The notes under the pieces are model-generated. The model saw only the letters and a list, made by a program, of their open reading frames with translations. It was not told the DNA's origin and did no database searches. Positions 14,911-29,213 of a stretch of DNA of 64,000 bases are shown here, in pieces. Position 1 is the stretch's first letter. The number at the start of each line of letters is the position of its first letter. Source of the DNA: Eledone cirrhosa (Eukaryota); NCBI GenBank assembly GCA_964016885.1, contig OZ024748.1, positions 6,262,001 through 6,326,000 on the forward strand, in the 5' to 3' direction. The translations under genes and the position numbers were made by a program.

Positions 14911-17900
14911 ACCACCACTACCACCACCAGCCACACCACATCCACCACCATCCTCCAATACCACCACCACTACCACCACTGCCACCACCAGCCACACCAC
15001 ATCCACCACCATCCTCCAATACCACCACCACTACCACCACTACCACCACCAGCCACACCACATCCACCACCATCCTCCAATACCATCACCACTACCGCCA
15101 CTACCACCACCAGCCACACCACATCCACCACCATCCTCCAATACCACCACCACTACCACCACTACCACCACCAGCCACACCACATCCACCACCATCCTCC
15201 AATACCAGCACCAACAACACCACTACCACCACCAGCCACACCACATCCACCACCATCCTCCAATACCACCACCACTACCACCACTACCACCACCAGCCAC
15301 ACCACATCCACCACCATCCTCCAATACCACCACCACTACCACCACTACCACCACCAGCCACACCACATCCACCACCATCCTCCAATACCACCACCACTAC
15401 CGCCACTACCACCACCAGCCACACCACATCCACCACCATCCTCCAATACCACCACCACTACCACCACTACCACCACCAGCCACACCACATCCACCACCAT
15501 CCTCCAATACCACCACCACTACCACCACTACCACCACCAGCCACACCACATCCACCACCATCCTCCAATACCACCACCACTACCACCACTACCACCACCA
15601 GCCACACCACATCCACCACCATCCTCCAATACCATCACCACTACCACCACTACCACCACCAGCAACACCACATCCACCACCATCCTCCAATACCACCACC
15701 ACTACCACCACTACCACCACCAGCCACACCACATCCACCACCATCCTCCAATACCACCACCACTACCACCACTACCACCACCAGCCACACCACATCCACC
15801 ACCATCCTCCAATACCATCACCACTACCACCACCAGCAACACCACATCCACCACCATCCTCCAATACCACCACCACTACCACCACTACCACCACCAGCCA
15901 CACCACATCCACCACCATCCTCCAATACCATCACCACTACCGCCACTACCACCACCAGCCACACCACATCCACCACCATCCTCCAATACCACCACCACTA
16001 CCACCACTACCACCACCAGCCACACCACATCCACCACCATCCTCCAATACCAGCACCAACAACACCACTACCACCACCAGCCACACCACATCCACCACCA
16101 TCCTCCAATACCACCACCACTACCACCACTACCACCACCAGCCACACCACATCAACCACCATCCTCCAATACCACCACCACTACCACCACTACCACCACC
16201 AGCCACACCACATCCACCACCATCCTCCAATACCAGCACCAACAACACCACTACCACCACCAGCCACACCACATCCACCACCATCCTCCAATACCACCAC
16301 CACTACCACCACTACCACCACCAGCCACACCACATCCACCACCATCCTCCAATACCACCACCACTACCACCACTACCACCACCAGCCACACCACATCCAC
16401 CACCATCCTCCAATACCACCACCACTACCACCACTACCACCACCAGCCACACCACATCCACCACCATCCTCCAATACCACCACCACTACCACCACTACCA
16501 CCACCAGCCACACCACATCCACCACCATCCTCCAATACCATCACCACTACCACCACTACCACCACCAGCAACACCACATCCACCACCATCCTCCAATACC
16601 ACCACCACTACCACCACTACCACCACCAGCAACACCACATCCACCACCATCCTCCAATACCACCACCACTACCACCACTACCACCACCAGCAACACCACA
16701 TCCACCACCATCCTCCAATACCACCACCACTACCGCCACTACCACCAGCAGCCACACCACATCCACCACCATCCTCCAATACCACCACCAACAACACCAC
16801 TACCACCACCAGCCACACCACATCCACCACCATCCTCCAATACCACCACCACTACCACCACTACCACCACCAGCCACACCACATCCACCACCATCCTCCA
16901 ATACCACCACCAACAACACCACTACCACCACCAGCCACACCACATCCACCACCATCCTCCAATACCACCACCACCACCACCACTACCACCACCAGCCACA
17001 CCACATCCACCACCATCCTCCAATACCACCACCAACAACACCACTACCACCACCAGCCACACCACATCCACCACCGTCCTCCAATACCACCACCACTACC
17101 ACCACTACCACCACCAGCCACACCACATCCACCACCATCCTCCAATACCACCACCACTACCGCCACTACCACCACCAGCCACACCACATCCACCACCATC
17201 CTCCAATACCACCACCACTACCACCACTACCACCACCAGCCACACCACATCCACCACCATCCTCCAATACCACCACCACTACCACCACTACCACCACCAG
17301 CAACACCACATCCACCACCATCCTCCAATACCACCACCACTACCACCACTACCACCACCAGCCACACCACATCCACCACCATCCTCCAATACCACCACCA
17401 CTACCACCACTACCACCACCAGCCACACCACATCCACCACCATCCTCCAATACCACCACCACTACCACCACTACCACCACCAGCCACACCACATCCACCA
17501 CCATCCTCCAATACCACCACCACTACCACCACTACCACCACCAGCCACACCACATCCACCACCATCCTCCAATACCACCACCACTACCGCCACTACCACC
17601 ACCAGCCACACCACATCCACCACCATCCTCCAATACCACCACCACTACCACCACTACCACCACCAGCCACACCACATCCACCACCATCCTCCAATACCAC
17701 CACCACTACCACCACTACCACCACCAGCCACACCACATCCACCACCATCCTCCAATACCACCACCACTACCACCACTACCACCACCAGCAACACCACATC
17801 CACCACCATCCTCCAATACCACCACCACTACCACTACTACCACCACCAGCAACACCACATCCACCACCATCCTCCAATACCACCACCACTACCACCACCA
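14911..17900. repeat. Minisatellite with a 61-bp (CCA)-rich unit, about 49 copies
   Basis: Unit ccaataccaccaccactaccaccactaccaccaccagccacaccacatccaccaccatcct; the ORF track cycles through three frames every 183 bp. Confidence 0.95.
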
Positions 17901-18566
17901 ACACCACTAACACCACCACCACCATCAACACCACTAACACCACCACCACCACCAACAACAACAATAACACCACCACTACCTCAAACACCACCACCAACAC
18001 CACCACCACCACCACCATCACCACCACCACCACCACCACTACCAGTACCACCACCACTAACACCACCACCACCAACAACAAAAACAACAACACCACCACC
18101 AACAACAACAACAACAACATCACCACCACCACCATCACCACCACCACCACCACCATCCTCACCACCACCACCACCAACACCACTACCAGTACCACCACCA
18201 CCACCACCACCACCATAACCCTCGGCAGTGTTACAGAAGTCAGGTAACAAATCATTGTGACTAGCTGTAAGCCCTCTTCAGAATTAATTGCTCAACAAAC
18301 TTACACACACACACCACACAGAAACACACACACACACACACACCACACAGAAACACACACTACACAGAAACACACTACACAGAAACACACACTGCACGAC
18401 ATAGCCACACACACTACAACATAGACTACAACACACACACACACTGCAGCATACACACAATACCTTATAAACATTCAACAACAGCAAATAATGACAAAAC
18501 CAAATAATTTATATACATATATATAAATACACACACACACACACACACACACAGACACACACACAT

Positions 18567-18602
<36 letters not shown>

Positions 18603-18788
18603 GTTATATGTATGTATATATATATGTATGTATATGTATATGTATGTATATATATATATATATGTATGTATATATATATGCAAATACACGAAGGAAAGTT
18701 TTGAAAAGTGGCAGGCCAAAACATAATACACGTGTAGCATATTATATAGAGAGAGAGGGATGTGATTAGAGAATAAGAGGGGTGGGTG

Positions 18789-18824
<36 letters not shown>

Positions 18825-19605
18825 TGGGGGAGAGCAACGTTTTGTACACTCGTGTGTATATATTAAAATACACGTGCAAAATATGATGCAAACGCACATT
18901 TCATACATATTTACACCAAACACACACAACATTTATGCATGCATACACATACATACTATTTCTGGCATATATATGAATGTTAACATACACAAAGGCATGT
19001 GTGTGAATATATGGACATACATGCAAATACAGTTCTATATATACGTACATACACACCTAGATATTCAAACACCTACACACATATATATATATACAAATAC
19101 ATACTCCCCCGTATACAATTTCATCCACAGACACATACACAGAGACACATACAATTATTACACTCGTTTCTTCCATCATAAGGAGGTGGTGTTTGGGTGA
19201 TTGAAGGTGTGGTTGGCAGTGCTGATGTCGTTGGTAGTATTTATAGTTTAACGGTGGTGAAGGTCTTGGTTTTCATTTTGGTGTTGGAGGTAGTACTGGT
19301 GGTAGTTTTGGTGGTAGTATGATTCTGATAATGGCGGTAATGTTGGTGTTGGTAATAGTATCATTGGCAGTAGAGATTGTGGTATTAGAAGTAGCATGAG
19401 GGATAGTATGCTTGTGTAGTTAGGAGCGTTGCTGGTTATTTTGGTAGTGGTATTGATTGAGGTATAGCTGGTAGCGTTGGTGGTAGTGTGGTCTACTTCT
19501 TGAACTGACCGTTACAAGTAAATAATTCCCGGGGCGGAGAAATTGTCACGTGGTATAGCGGTCACATAAGAGGGTCAAATTCAAGTAGTCCATTCACTTT
19601 AGGAG

Positions 19606-19650
19606 TCTCTTGAAGAGCCGGCCAGAAAGTCAGCGAAATTGTAGTCGCGA
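19606..19650 (+). ncRNA. Decayed hammerhead motif in an insert ending at (TA)n near 19706
   Basis: ucuc UUGAAGA GCCGGC CAGAAA GUCAGC GAAAU UGUA GUC gcga. Confidence 0.55.
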
Positions 19651-19697
19651 ATTTGAAGAAAAAATATGCATAATTTTATCTATTCTTTCCTCGCATT

Positions 19698-19729
<32 letters not shown>

Positions 19730-19741
19730 GTAATATATATA

Positions 19742-19955
19742 GTAATAATAATAAATGTGAAGACTAAAATCCAAAGAGGGCTCGATAAGGATGAATATAT
19801 ATCAAATATATAAGAACCATAGAGCAAATATTTATTAAAATAACAGATTAAAGTTTAAGCAAAAATCGTTGCTTTTACCCTTAACGGGATCTTCTGAAGA
19901 TCCCGTTAAGGGGGAAAGCAGCGATTTATATGTTATTTTAATAAATAAATAAATA
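19742..19955 (-). mobile_element. TA-flanked fold-back insert with hammerhead (family C)
   Basis: Palindrome cccttaacgggatcttc-t-gaagatcccgttaaggg centred inside CTGAAGA (19894-19900); long arm gives stem III AGCAA/UUGCU and a CUU site; homologous to 23935-24080. Confidence 0.75.
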
Positions 19956-19973
19956 AATATATATATATATATA

Positions 19974-20151
19974 TATTGAAAGGATAACAAGGACGATTGG
20001 TTACTCCTTCATTACATTTCTTGGTAGGTGACGCGCGTTTCACCACTGATCAGCTCAAGGTTCGATCTGTATCGATCTTACCCGACTAAATAAAACGCGC
20101 GTCACCAAATAAATGTAATGAAGGAGTAGCCAATCGTCCTTGTTATCCTTT

Positions 20152-20156
<5 letters not shown>
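19974..20156. mobile_element. TA-flanked fold-back insert with the 3' half of a hammerhead on each arm
   Basis: Inverted arms 19974-20040 and 20093-20156; each begins (G/A)AAAC GCGC GTC ACC, a palindromic stem III with a GUC site. Confidence 0.75.
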
Positions 20157-20250
<94 letters not shown>

Positions 20251-20255
20251 TATAT

Positions 20256-20564
20256 AGTTTAGATAAACAGACTAAATAAAGATGGCGTAGAAAATACAAT
20301 GCAATGGGAGGAAACAATAGCACCACTGACGATGTTGCAGATGTGCAACGAAAGAACTTTGATAAACTATATATATGTGTTTGTGTCTATATTGTATCTG
20401 TATTATTTTTGACCGTTGGTCAGTCAATTTCAACATTGAGGACTGAATGAATTAGATTACCGATATAAAAGACACACAAGCGAAAAGCGAAAACCAACCA
20501 AACAGTCAGTGTGTTCTGTTATTAATTCTGGGAATATTACACAAATATGACCCTCCCCAAGTAT

Positions 20565-20570
<6 letters not shown>
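20256..20570 (+). mobile_element. TA-flanked insert with hammerhead (family D)
   Basis: CTGACGA T GTTGCA GATG TGCAAC GAAAG AA CTT at 20326-20359; homologous to 47300-47617; 3' end atgaccctccccaagtataacaa also at 23734-23790 (-). Confidence 0.75.
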
Positions 20571-20595
<25 letters not shown>

Positions 20596-20793
20596 CGTTA
20601 TTCCGGGTTGAATCGGAGGTAACCACAGTAAGTAAGGTACTCAATACATAGCAGAGTATAAAAGTTTTAATATAGATGAGATTCTACAGGACTAGAACTG
20701 TTTCATTCATTAGAAATCATCCTGATGATTTCTAATGAATGAAACAGTTCTAGTCCTGTAGAATCTCATCTATATTAAAACTTTTATACTCTG

Positions 20794-20797
<4 letters not shown>
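20596..20797 (-). mobile_element. TA-flanked fold-back insert with hammerhead (family B)
   Basis: Perfect 74-bp arms 20648-20721 and 20724-20797 meet inside CTGATGA (20722-20728), followed by TTTC TAAT GAAT GAAAC AGTTCTA GTC; 3' end homologous to 29674-29731 and 58642-58702. Confidence 0.8.
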
Positions 20798-20843
<46 letters not shown>

Positions 20844-21069
20844 TTATATATATACGCGCAGAATAAGTGAGAATACAAAACCTTTCTATATCGTATTGTT
20901 GGTGTTAGAAAGTTCAATCGTTCACTTTGACCAGTTGTTCTTGGTTATGGGCTTGGTTGACGGTTCCCGCTAGAAATGAAACCGCCTGACATTGTCAGCC
21001 AAGATTTGTTGAGATTTCACTTCCAATAAATTATATACATCTATCTATCTATCTATCTATCTATCTATG

Positions 21070-21112
<43 letters not shown>

Positions 21113-21147
21113 GTCTCTATATGTGCCCGTGTCTCTCTGTATGTATG

Positions 21148-21207
<60 letters not shown>

Positions 21208-21222
21208 CATACATACGTACAA

Positions 21223-21266
<44 letters not shown>

Positions 21267-21284
21267 GTACATACATACATAGAA

Positions 21285-21315
<31 letters not shown>

Positions 21316-21858
21316 CAAATATATATATACATTATATATATATATAACAGAGAGAAAGGAAATTAAGAAAGAGGGGTAAAGAAAGGAAGAGCGATGTGTC
21401 AAAAGGGGTAGAGGGGTAAGGCATTTTAACGAGGCGGTGGAGGGGGAGAGGTATAGGAGTTTACAGTATTAGTAAGGAAAAGAACGGGGGTAGTTGGTAG
21501 AGGGAAGAGTGTAAGTAGAGTGACACGTCTTGGAGCGAGGGGCGTGGGGGGAGTGCAAGGAGGAGGAGGGACGTTGCTGCTCATTTCGTTTTGTCAAAAT
21601 GTTTGTTTGTTTGTTTTTGTAGAAGTGAGAAAGAGAAGAGAGGAGGGTGTTTGGAAGAGGTAGGGTGGAGGTTGGAGGGGAGTGGAGCTTAGGAGGGGAG
21701 GGGAGGTTGGAGGGGAGCGGAGCTTAGGAGGGTGTGGCAGGTGGCTGAAACCCGACAGCCAGGCAAAGAAGAATTATGGACCGACTGACTAACTGGACTG
21801 AAAGAACGACACATAGGCCCCATATATTTATATAGATGGGGCAGATAGATAGACTGAG

Positions 21859-21931
<73 letters not shown>

Positions 21932-21933
21932 TG

Positions 21934-22007
<74 letters not shown>

Positions 22008-22021
22008 CAGACAGCTAGCTA

Positions 22022-22093
<72 letters not shown>

Positions 22094-22109
22094 AAGAGAG
22101 AGAGAGAGA

Positions 22110-22149
<40 letters not shown>

Positions 22150-22249
22150 TAGAGAGAAAGAAAGATAGATATATAGATAGATAGATAGATAGATAGACAG
22201 TGTAAAATAGGAAGAAATAGGGTGTGATAGTATAGAGTGAGATAATTTT

Positions 22250-22550
22250 TTGAAGCTACATCTTTCCAAAATATTACTGCGAGGTTCTCCTGCATAGATC
22301 TTCTAAATGACATGAACCCCTGCAAGATATTTTGTGGAAGACCAGCAATTACCGATGCATACAAGTCTCCCCCTTTCCACGAGAAGTAAACGAGGATGCA
22401 GGCTGTTTCAGGAACACTGTGACTCATTTTTACACTATATGTATGCATAAGCAGAGAAAGCTTGGCACCACAACTTACGTGGATATGAGCAAAGTGAAAT
22501 GAAGTGTCTTGTTTAAGGATACAATGCACCGCCCAAACCGGGAATCGAAC
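22250..22550 (-). mobile_element. tRNA-derived SINE (family S2)
   Basis: Reverse-complement B-box gttcgattcccgg then aacaagacacttcatttcac; shares 3' part with 7015-7345. Confidence 0.6.
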
Positions 22551-23041
22551 AGTAATGCTCTGGGCTATTCAGCAACTAAGCAATAGGTCTTCTCTATCTT
22601 AATTCCAACTATATCTAGTAGGTTTGCAACAGCAGTGATTTTTTATATATAGGACGGATTTTATTTAAGGTTTCAAATAACTGTTGAGGATCACAAATAG
22701 AGTACTATTGATCTTAGGTTCTACCTCATCGATCAGCTGAAACAACATCATTATTGTAGAATGAGGATGTGCTACAAAGAAATATCTTTTATCGATCGAG
22801 ATTTCGATAGTAGTTTTATTAAACAACTCTAAATTAGAATGGTTAACGTGGAAAAAACAATTTCTACCACACAGCGTGATCAATCTGTAACATCGATATA
22901 CCTTATTGATTTCTTTGCTCAGATGTAGTTTCTTAATTAAACCTCAGTTTCAAGTTGAGGTGTATTAATCAAGCGATAAATGGTTGTAATTACAAATAAT
23001 CTCAAACAAGAAAATAATCATTTTGCTGTTTACAAGACATT

Positions 23042-23390
23042 GTGGATTGGCAGTATCGGTAGAGGCTTGGACGTCATGCTTTGACGCATAGAGATACGGC
23101 CCTTGCCATTCTGAGTTCAAATCCCGTGGAGGTTAACTTTGACTTTCATCCTAACGGGGTCGATAAAATAATGTACCAATAATGCACCGGTAATTGCTGG
23201 CCTTGTTCCAAAAGTAGAAATAATTATTTACTTCTATTCTGAGATCTGCGTTCAAATACAAAGTTCAACATTACATTTCATTCTTCCGTCCCAATACAAT
23301 AAGGTTCCAATCAAATACTAAAGATATTATAAGGGCGTTTTCTCTACCCCTAAAAATTGCTGGCCTTGTTTCCAGATTAGAAACAATTAT
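23042..23390 (+). mobile_element. Two tandem SINE S1 copies
   Basis: S1 head, B-box, core and tail at 23042-23225; decayed copy at 23240-23390. Confidence 0.8.
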
Positions 23391-23484
23391 TTAAATTAAT
23401 GATCTTCCTGGAGAATATATTTTCTTTTTCTTTTAGAATCTGACTCAGAGGTTTTGTAAAATTCATTAAATTTTCTAAATGCAG

Positions 23485-23549
<65 letters not shown>

Positions 23550-23550
<1 letters not shown>

Positions 23551-23680
23551 CATACGTCAAGCAACTTGAGGACGTTGCTGGATGTGCACTGCGGAAGAAC
23601 TGGCAAACGCTATGAGAGACAGGGATGGATGGAGGAAACGTGTCGTAGAAAGCCGAGCAAGCTCGACCTGATGATGATGA

Positions 23681-23685
<5 letters not shown>
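23550..23685 (+). mobile_element. 3' end of an RTE-clade LINE
   Basis: Frameshifted [37 protein letters not shown] followed by a (TGA)n tail. Confidence 0.7.
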
Positions 23686-23738
<53 letters not shown>

Positions 23739-23787
23739 ATACTTTGGGAGGGTCATGTTGCCAATAAGAAACACACGCATCAGAAAT

Positions 23788-23869
<82 letters not shown>

Positions 23870-23934
23870 TATATCTATATATATCTATATATATCTATAT
23901 ATATATATATATATATATACTGTATATATATATA

Positions 23935-24075
23935 AATAACAGATTAAAGTTTCTTTGCTTAAGCTTTAATCTGTTATTTTAATAAATATTTGCTCTATGG
24001 CTTTTATATATTTAATATATATTTATCCTTCTCGAGCCCTCTTCGGATTTTAGTCTTCACATTTATTAATATTAT

Positions 24076-24080
<5 letters not shown>
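23935..24080 (+). mobile_element. Second copy of family C with a short inverted arm
   Basis: Matches the reverse complement of 19742-19865; inverted aataacagattaaag/ctttaatctgttatt; TA flanks. Confidence 0.75.
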
Positions 24081-24119
<39 letters not shown>

Positions 24120-24262
24120 CAAGCAGTTCTCAAAGGAAAGTAGAGATAGATTATAGAATGTATTTGCCAGCCTCGGAAACGAGCTCATTTCACAATTTTC
24201 CTGAAACAATACTAAGTGTTTAAAAAAGTAGTTATATCTTCTATAAATAATTGTTTATTGAC

Positions 24263-24316
<54 letters not shown>

Positions 24317-24370
24317 AGGTGTGTAACTAAAATTATTTGATTATTTTAATCTCTCTATCTCCCTCTATGC

Positions 24371-24450
<80 letters not shown>

Positions 24451-24452
<2 letters not shown>

Positions 24453-24727
24453 CGACGGGGGTGTGGTAAGGAACCAGATGGACCATAACGCACCAGTGTA
24501 GTCAATACTTAGGGTAGAAGAGTGGGTAATAGGAAAATGTTTGAACCCGACGGCAGGACTCAAGCCGTTTCGACGGCTATTTCTGGACTAAATTAGAATT
24601 TTTAGCGTGGTAAATACATAACCCTATTTCTTTACCTATTTATTTACCACGCTAAAAAATCTAATTTAGTCCAGAAATAGCCGCCGAAATGGCTTGAACT
24701 CTGCCGTAGATGTCAAACATTTTCCTA
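24451..24727 (-). mobile_element. HHR fold-back family A copy
   Basis: 87-bp inverted arms 24530-24616 and 24641-24727 plus family A 3' tail; TA on both sides. Confidence 0.85.
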
Positions 24728-25095
24728 CATATATATATATATATATTTATAAAATTTTACATATCCCTTCTGTTCAAGTAAAAATGTTATTCACATTAAA
24801 CATATACAATATCATTATTAATTTCAGAATATATCAACGAAAACAAAAAAGTATATATATATGAAAAATAAATTCAAAAATGGAAAAAAGGAAAGAAAAA
24901 TGAGAACGAAAAATCGTATTATTTTGCATGAATAAAATTTAAAAATAAATTTATGGGCGTGGTTTAAACAGCTTTACAAAATGTTGCTGAAGTTACATTG
25001 ATTTAAATGTTTTGTATTTAAAAAATTATTAATCATTTATTAATCATGTTATATATGTACAGTTTTTCGTGTGACTTTTTTTGTTTATATGTGTA

Positions 25096-25136
<41 letters not shown>

Positions 25137-25174
25137 GATTATATATATATTATAAGATTGTATGTATGTATGTT

Positions 25175-25245
<71 letters not shown>

Positions 25246-25261
25246 GTGTGTGTATGTATGC

Positions 25262-25297
<36 letters not shown>

Positions 25298-25383
25298 TAG
25301 CTAATTCCAAAGAAAAAGCAATTATTATGTTGTTATATATATACACATATATATATAATTATATATATATATATATATATGTA

Positions 25384-25574
25384 TAGTGGTAGAACACTGT
25401 AAGGTACTATCCGTAGTGGTAGAGCACTCAGTCCATGGGACGAGTTAAGTAGAAGTGGTTACACAACAGTTAGTTCGCCATACCGAGAACAATTGTTTCA
25501 CCTTAGCGGATCCTCAGCTCGTAATCATTACGAGCTGAGGATCCGGTATGGTGAACTAACTGTTGTGTAACCAC

Positions 25575-25579
<5 letters not shown>
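25384..25579 (-). mobile_element. TA-flanked fold-back insert containing a complete hammerhead
   Basis: Inverted arms 25450-25525 and 25527-25579; the second arm carries a 23-nt deletion. Confidence 0.8.
25481..25523 (-). ncRNA. Complete minimal type I hammerhead ribozyme
   Basis: Reverse complement: UACGAG CUGAGGA UCC GCUAA GGU GAAAC AAUU GUU/CUCGGUA; palindromic stem III ACAAUUGU. Confidence 0.8.
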
Positions 25580-25656
<77 letters not shown>

Positions 25657-25753
25657 TAGATATAGATACAGATATATATATAAATAGGCATATATAAAGA
25701 ATGAGTGCATTTCCCTCCCGATTTGTATATCTATATCTATCTATCTATCTATA

Positions 25754-25812
<59 letters not shown>

Positions 25813-26302
25813 TTGTATGTCTGTGTGTGTTTGTGTGTGTGTGTGTGTATTGTATGCGACTGTGTATGTATGTAACATAACACTGTTCTGTGCATAATTA
25901 ACTAGCAGGGTATATAAACAAAATAAGCAGAAAAATATAAATAAAAATATTCTTTAAGGAATCTATCGGTATTTAATGCACGAGAACACCATCGAACTCC
26001 AATCGATTTCTCGGGGATTAAATTGATAGAGACACACAGTTTAGACATATATACAGGAGAAGTAGCGACACCTGTATTCCTATAATATTTTAACGAAATT
26101 GAAAAAATGAAAAGTATATTTTGCACCTGCGTAATTTGAACCCAGAGTGCTGAACTTGAAATAATACATATTACGATTAGAATTATAACGATTTTCTTAT
26201 TTTACCTCCTTCACCGATGTTAGACAGTTTTTATAAATTTAAATAACATGGAAATCTTTCGCGAATATTTATCTAATAATTGTAAACTATATATCATTGT
26301 AA

Positions 26303-26516
26303 TAATTGTTTCTACTTTTGGCACAAGGCCAGCAATTATCCAGTGCATTACTGGTACTTTATTTTATCGACCCTGTAAAGATGAAAGGCAGAGTTAACCA
26401 CGGCCTGTTAATTTAATATAACACCCTAATGTGATTAATTTTAAGTGTATAAATATTAATATTTTCATAATATTGATTGTGATCACAGAGAATATTTATT
26501 GTGATAAAATGTGCTT

Positions 26517-26592
<76 letters not shown>

Positions 26593-26816
26593 AACATATA
26601 AACATATAAACACACATGTATGTATATATATATATATATTATGAGTGGGTGTGTAAGTGTCTATGGATGTATTAATAATATATTTATATATATCTGTGAA
26701 TGTTTGCAGAGTTATGTATTCATATAATTGTTTCTACTTTTGGCATAAGGTCAGCAATTATCTCAGTACTTTATTTTATCGACCCCGTAAAGATGAAAGG
26801 CAAAATTAACCTCGGC
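26303..26816 (-). mobile_element. Two partial SINE S1 copies (26303-26404, 26725-26816)
   Basis: S1 tail and core in reverse orientation. Confidence 0.75.
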
Positions 26817-26902
26817 CTCTCATCCTTACCTATAATGTGGAATATTTAGACATACAACGAATATATATATATATAATTATTTATAGGTATATATATATAT
26901 AA

Positions 26903-26939
<37 letters not shown>

Positions 26940-27092
26940 ACTTACTAGTTAACTTACTATTTAACTTACTGGTAATAAGGTAGTAATATATTACTGCCTA
27001 CCACTATTTAAGGTTTATAAAAAATATATATTTTACAAAACCATAGATAGTATAATTAATACTATATATATATATATATATATATAAATATT

Positions 27093-27146
<54 letters not shown>

Positions 27147-27462
27147 TTATATATATAAACATAAATATAATGCATGTCGCGATAGAAAAAAACATTTAAT
27201 TATTTAATTATTCAACTATTTAGATATGTTTATTAATCACTGGTCATTGAAACACGGTGGAGTTTATCCTTCGTTAGAATTGGTCAGAATTAATTTCCAG
27301 GTAATTAGAAAGTTGTAAGAACGATATAGAGAGTAAACACCGAGATCAGTGTGGATGACTTGTTATTTTATTTACCGAACTTAAAAGATTGAAAATTCAT
27401 AAACCTTCGGCGTGATTTCAACACAAAGAGAAGAGCACGGGTATTTAAGTTTCTCTCTTTCT

Positions 27463-27603
<141 letters not shown>

Positions 27604-27745
27604 ATATATTTATATATATATACATATGTATTTACATATGTATATATATATATATATATCATAAATATATATATTTATTTGTATATGTATATATATCTAT
27701 ATGTATATATATATATATAAATATATTTGTATATATATATATATA

Positions 27746-27810
27746 AATGTTGACATACCCGCAGAAAGACAACCTTGAAGGTTGAAGGTTCTCTGCGGGT
27801 ATGTCAACAT
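27746..27810. repeat. Short TA-flanked inverted repeat
   Basis: atgttgacatacccgcaga ... tctgcgggtatgtcaacat. Confidence 0.8.
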
Positions 27811-27923
27811 ATATATGTATATTAGTATATATATATATATATATATATATATACTAATATATATGTTGATTTAAAACTGCACTATCAACAAGTGTTTTTT
27901 TAGCCTTCATATCATGTTCTCCT

Positions 27924-27992
27924 GTTTTATCTGATGAAAACACAAATATTATTGTTTGATGATGTTTGTTTTTGAAATGCGCATAATAAAAT
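27924..27992 (+). ncRNA. Complete type I hammerhead ribozyme with long stem II, in TA-flanked insert ~27865-28025
   Basis: GUUUUAU CUGAUGA [about 15-bp stem II, 27938-27973] GAAAU GCGC AUA/AUAAAAU; stem III AUGCGCAU is a perfect palindrome. Confidence 0.85.
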
Positions 27993-28023
27993 ATATTGAA
28001 CTCCTTTAACCATCTTTTGATCT

Positions 28024-28060
<37 letters not shown>

Positions 28061-28064
28061 TATA

Positions 28065-28173
<109 letters not shown>

Positions 28174-28179
28174 ATTTTA

Positions 28180-28233
<54 letters not shown>

Positions 28234-28437
28234 GGTATATATTGAGTTAGGAACTCAAAATTTGTCTTACAACAAAATACCTCTAAGAAAGAGATATTTC
28301 TGAGCCGTATATTATAATAGAATATATAAGGAAAACGAACACAGATATATAGATATCTGTGTTCAAATCGTAATGGACCTGTTTCGCTGAGGTGAAAACA
28401 ATACTAATATATGTATATATATATTTATATATATATA

Positions 28438-28571
<134 letters not shown>

Positions 28572-28597
28572 TTATATATATACATATACATATACAT

Positions 28598-28632
<35 letters not shown>

Positions 28633-28636
<4 letters not shown>

Positions 28637-28833
28637 AACGAGTAGGACCCCGACGGCTGAGCTGAAGCCGTTTTGACGGCTAATTCTGGACTAAGAACAG
28701 AATTAGCCGTCGAAACGGCTTGAGCTCAGCCGTCGGGGTCCTACTCGTTCCTATTACCCACTCTACTACCCTAAGTATTGAGTACTTTGGTGCGTTATGG
28801 TCCATCTGGTTCCTTACCACATTTCCTTCGTTA
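28633..28833 (+). mobile_element. HHR fold-back family A copy
   Basis: Short inverted arm taggaacgagtaggacccc..., long arm ending ...catttccttcgtta; TA flanks. Confidence 0.9.
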
Positions 28834-28845
28834 TATATATATAAG

Positions 28846-29029
28846 GGCGGTGGATTGGCAGTATCGGTAGAGGGTCGGACGCCAAGCTTTCCAGCATAGT
28901 TACGTCCCTTTACGATCTAAGTTCAAATCCCGCCGAGGTTGCCTTGGCCTTTCATCCTTACGGGGTCGATAAAATAAGTACCAGTAATGCACTGGGTATT
29001 TGCTGGCCTTGTGCCTAAAGTAGAAACAG

Positions 29030-29030
<1 letters not shown>
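28846..29030 (+). mobile_element. Full-length SINE S1
   Basis: ggcggtggattggcagtatcggtagag head, gttcaaatccc B-box, core and tail. Confidence 0.85.
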
Positions 29031-29109
<79 letters not shown>

Positions 29110-29168
29110 GTATGTCTATATATATATATACGTACATGTCTGTATATAAAATATAAATGTGTATGTGG

Positions 29169-29213
<45 letters not shown>

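Noticed and set aside
14694-18218. 1174-aa His/Pro/Thr-rich ORF as a gene
   Set aside because: Translation of a 61-bp satellite whose unit is not a multiple of 3; no splice or domain evidence.
21661-21735. G-rich duplicated segment as a functional G-quadruplex
   Set aside because: Low-complexity purine tract with two short repeats; no evidence of function.
21828-22529. 233-aa minus-strand ORF as an exon
   Set aside because: The complex part belongs to SINE family S2 (shared with 7015-7345); the rest is microsatellite.
24150-24262. GAAA(C/T) GAGCTC palindrome as a hammerhead stem III
   Set aside because: No recognisable CUGANGA core or stem I on either strand.
28846-28935. tRNA genes at SINE heads
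   Set aside because: A/B boxes are present but there is no cloverleaf, and each is followed by the SINE core and tail.
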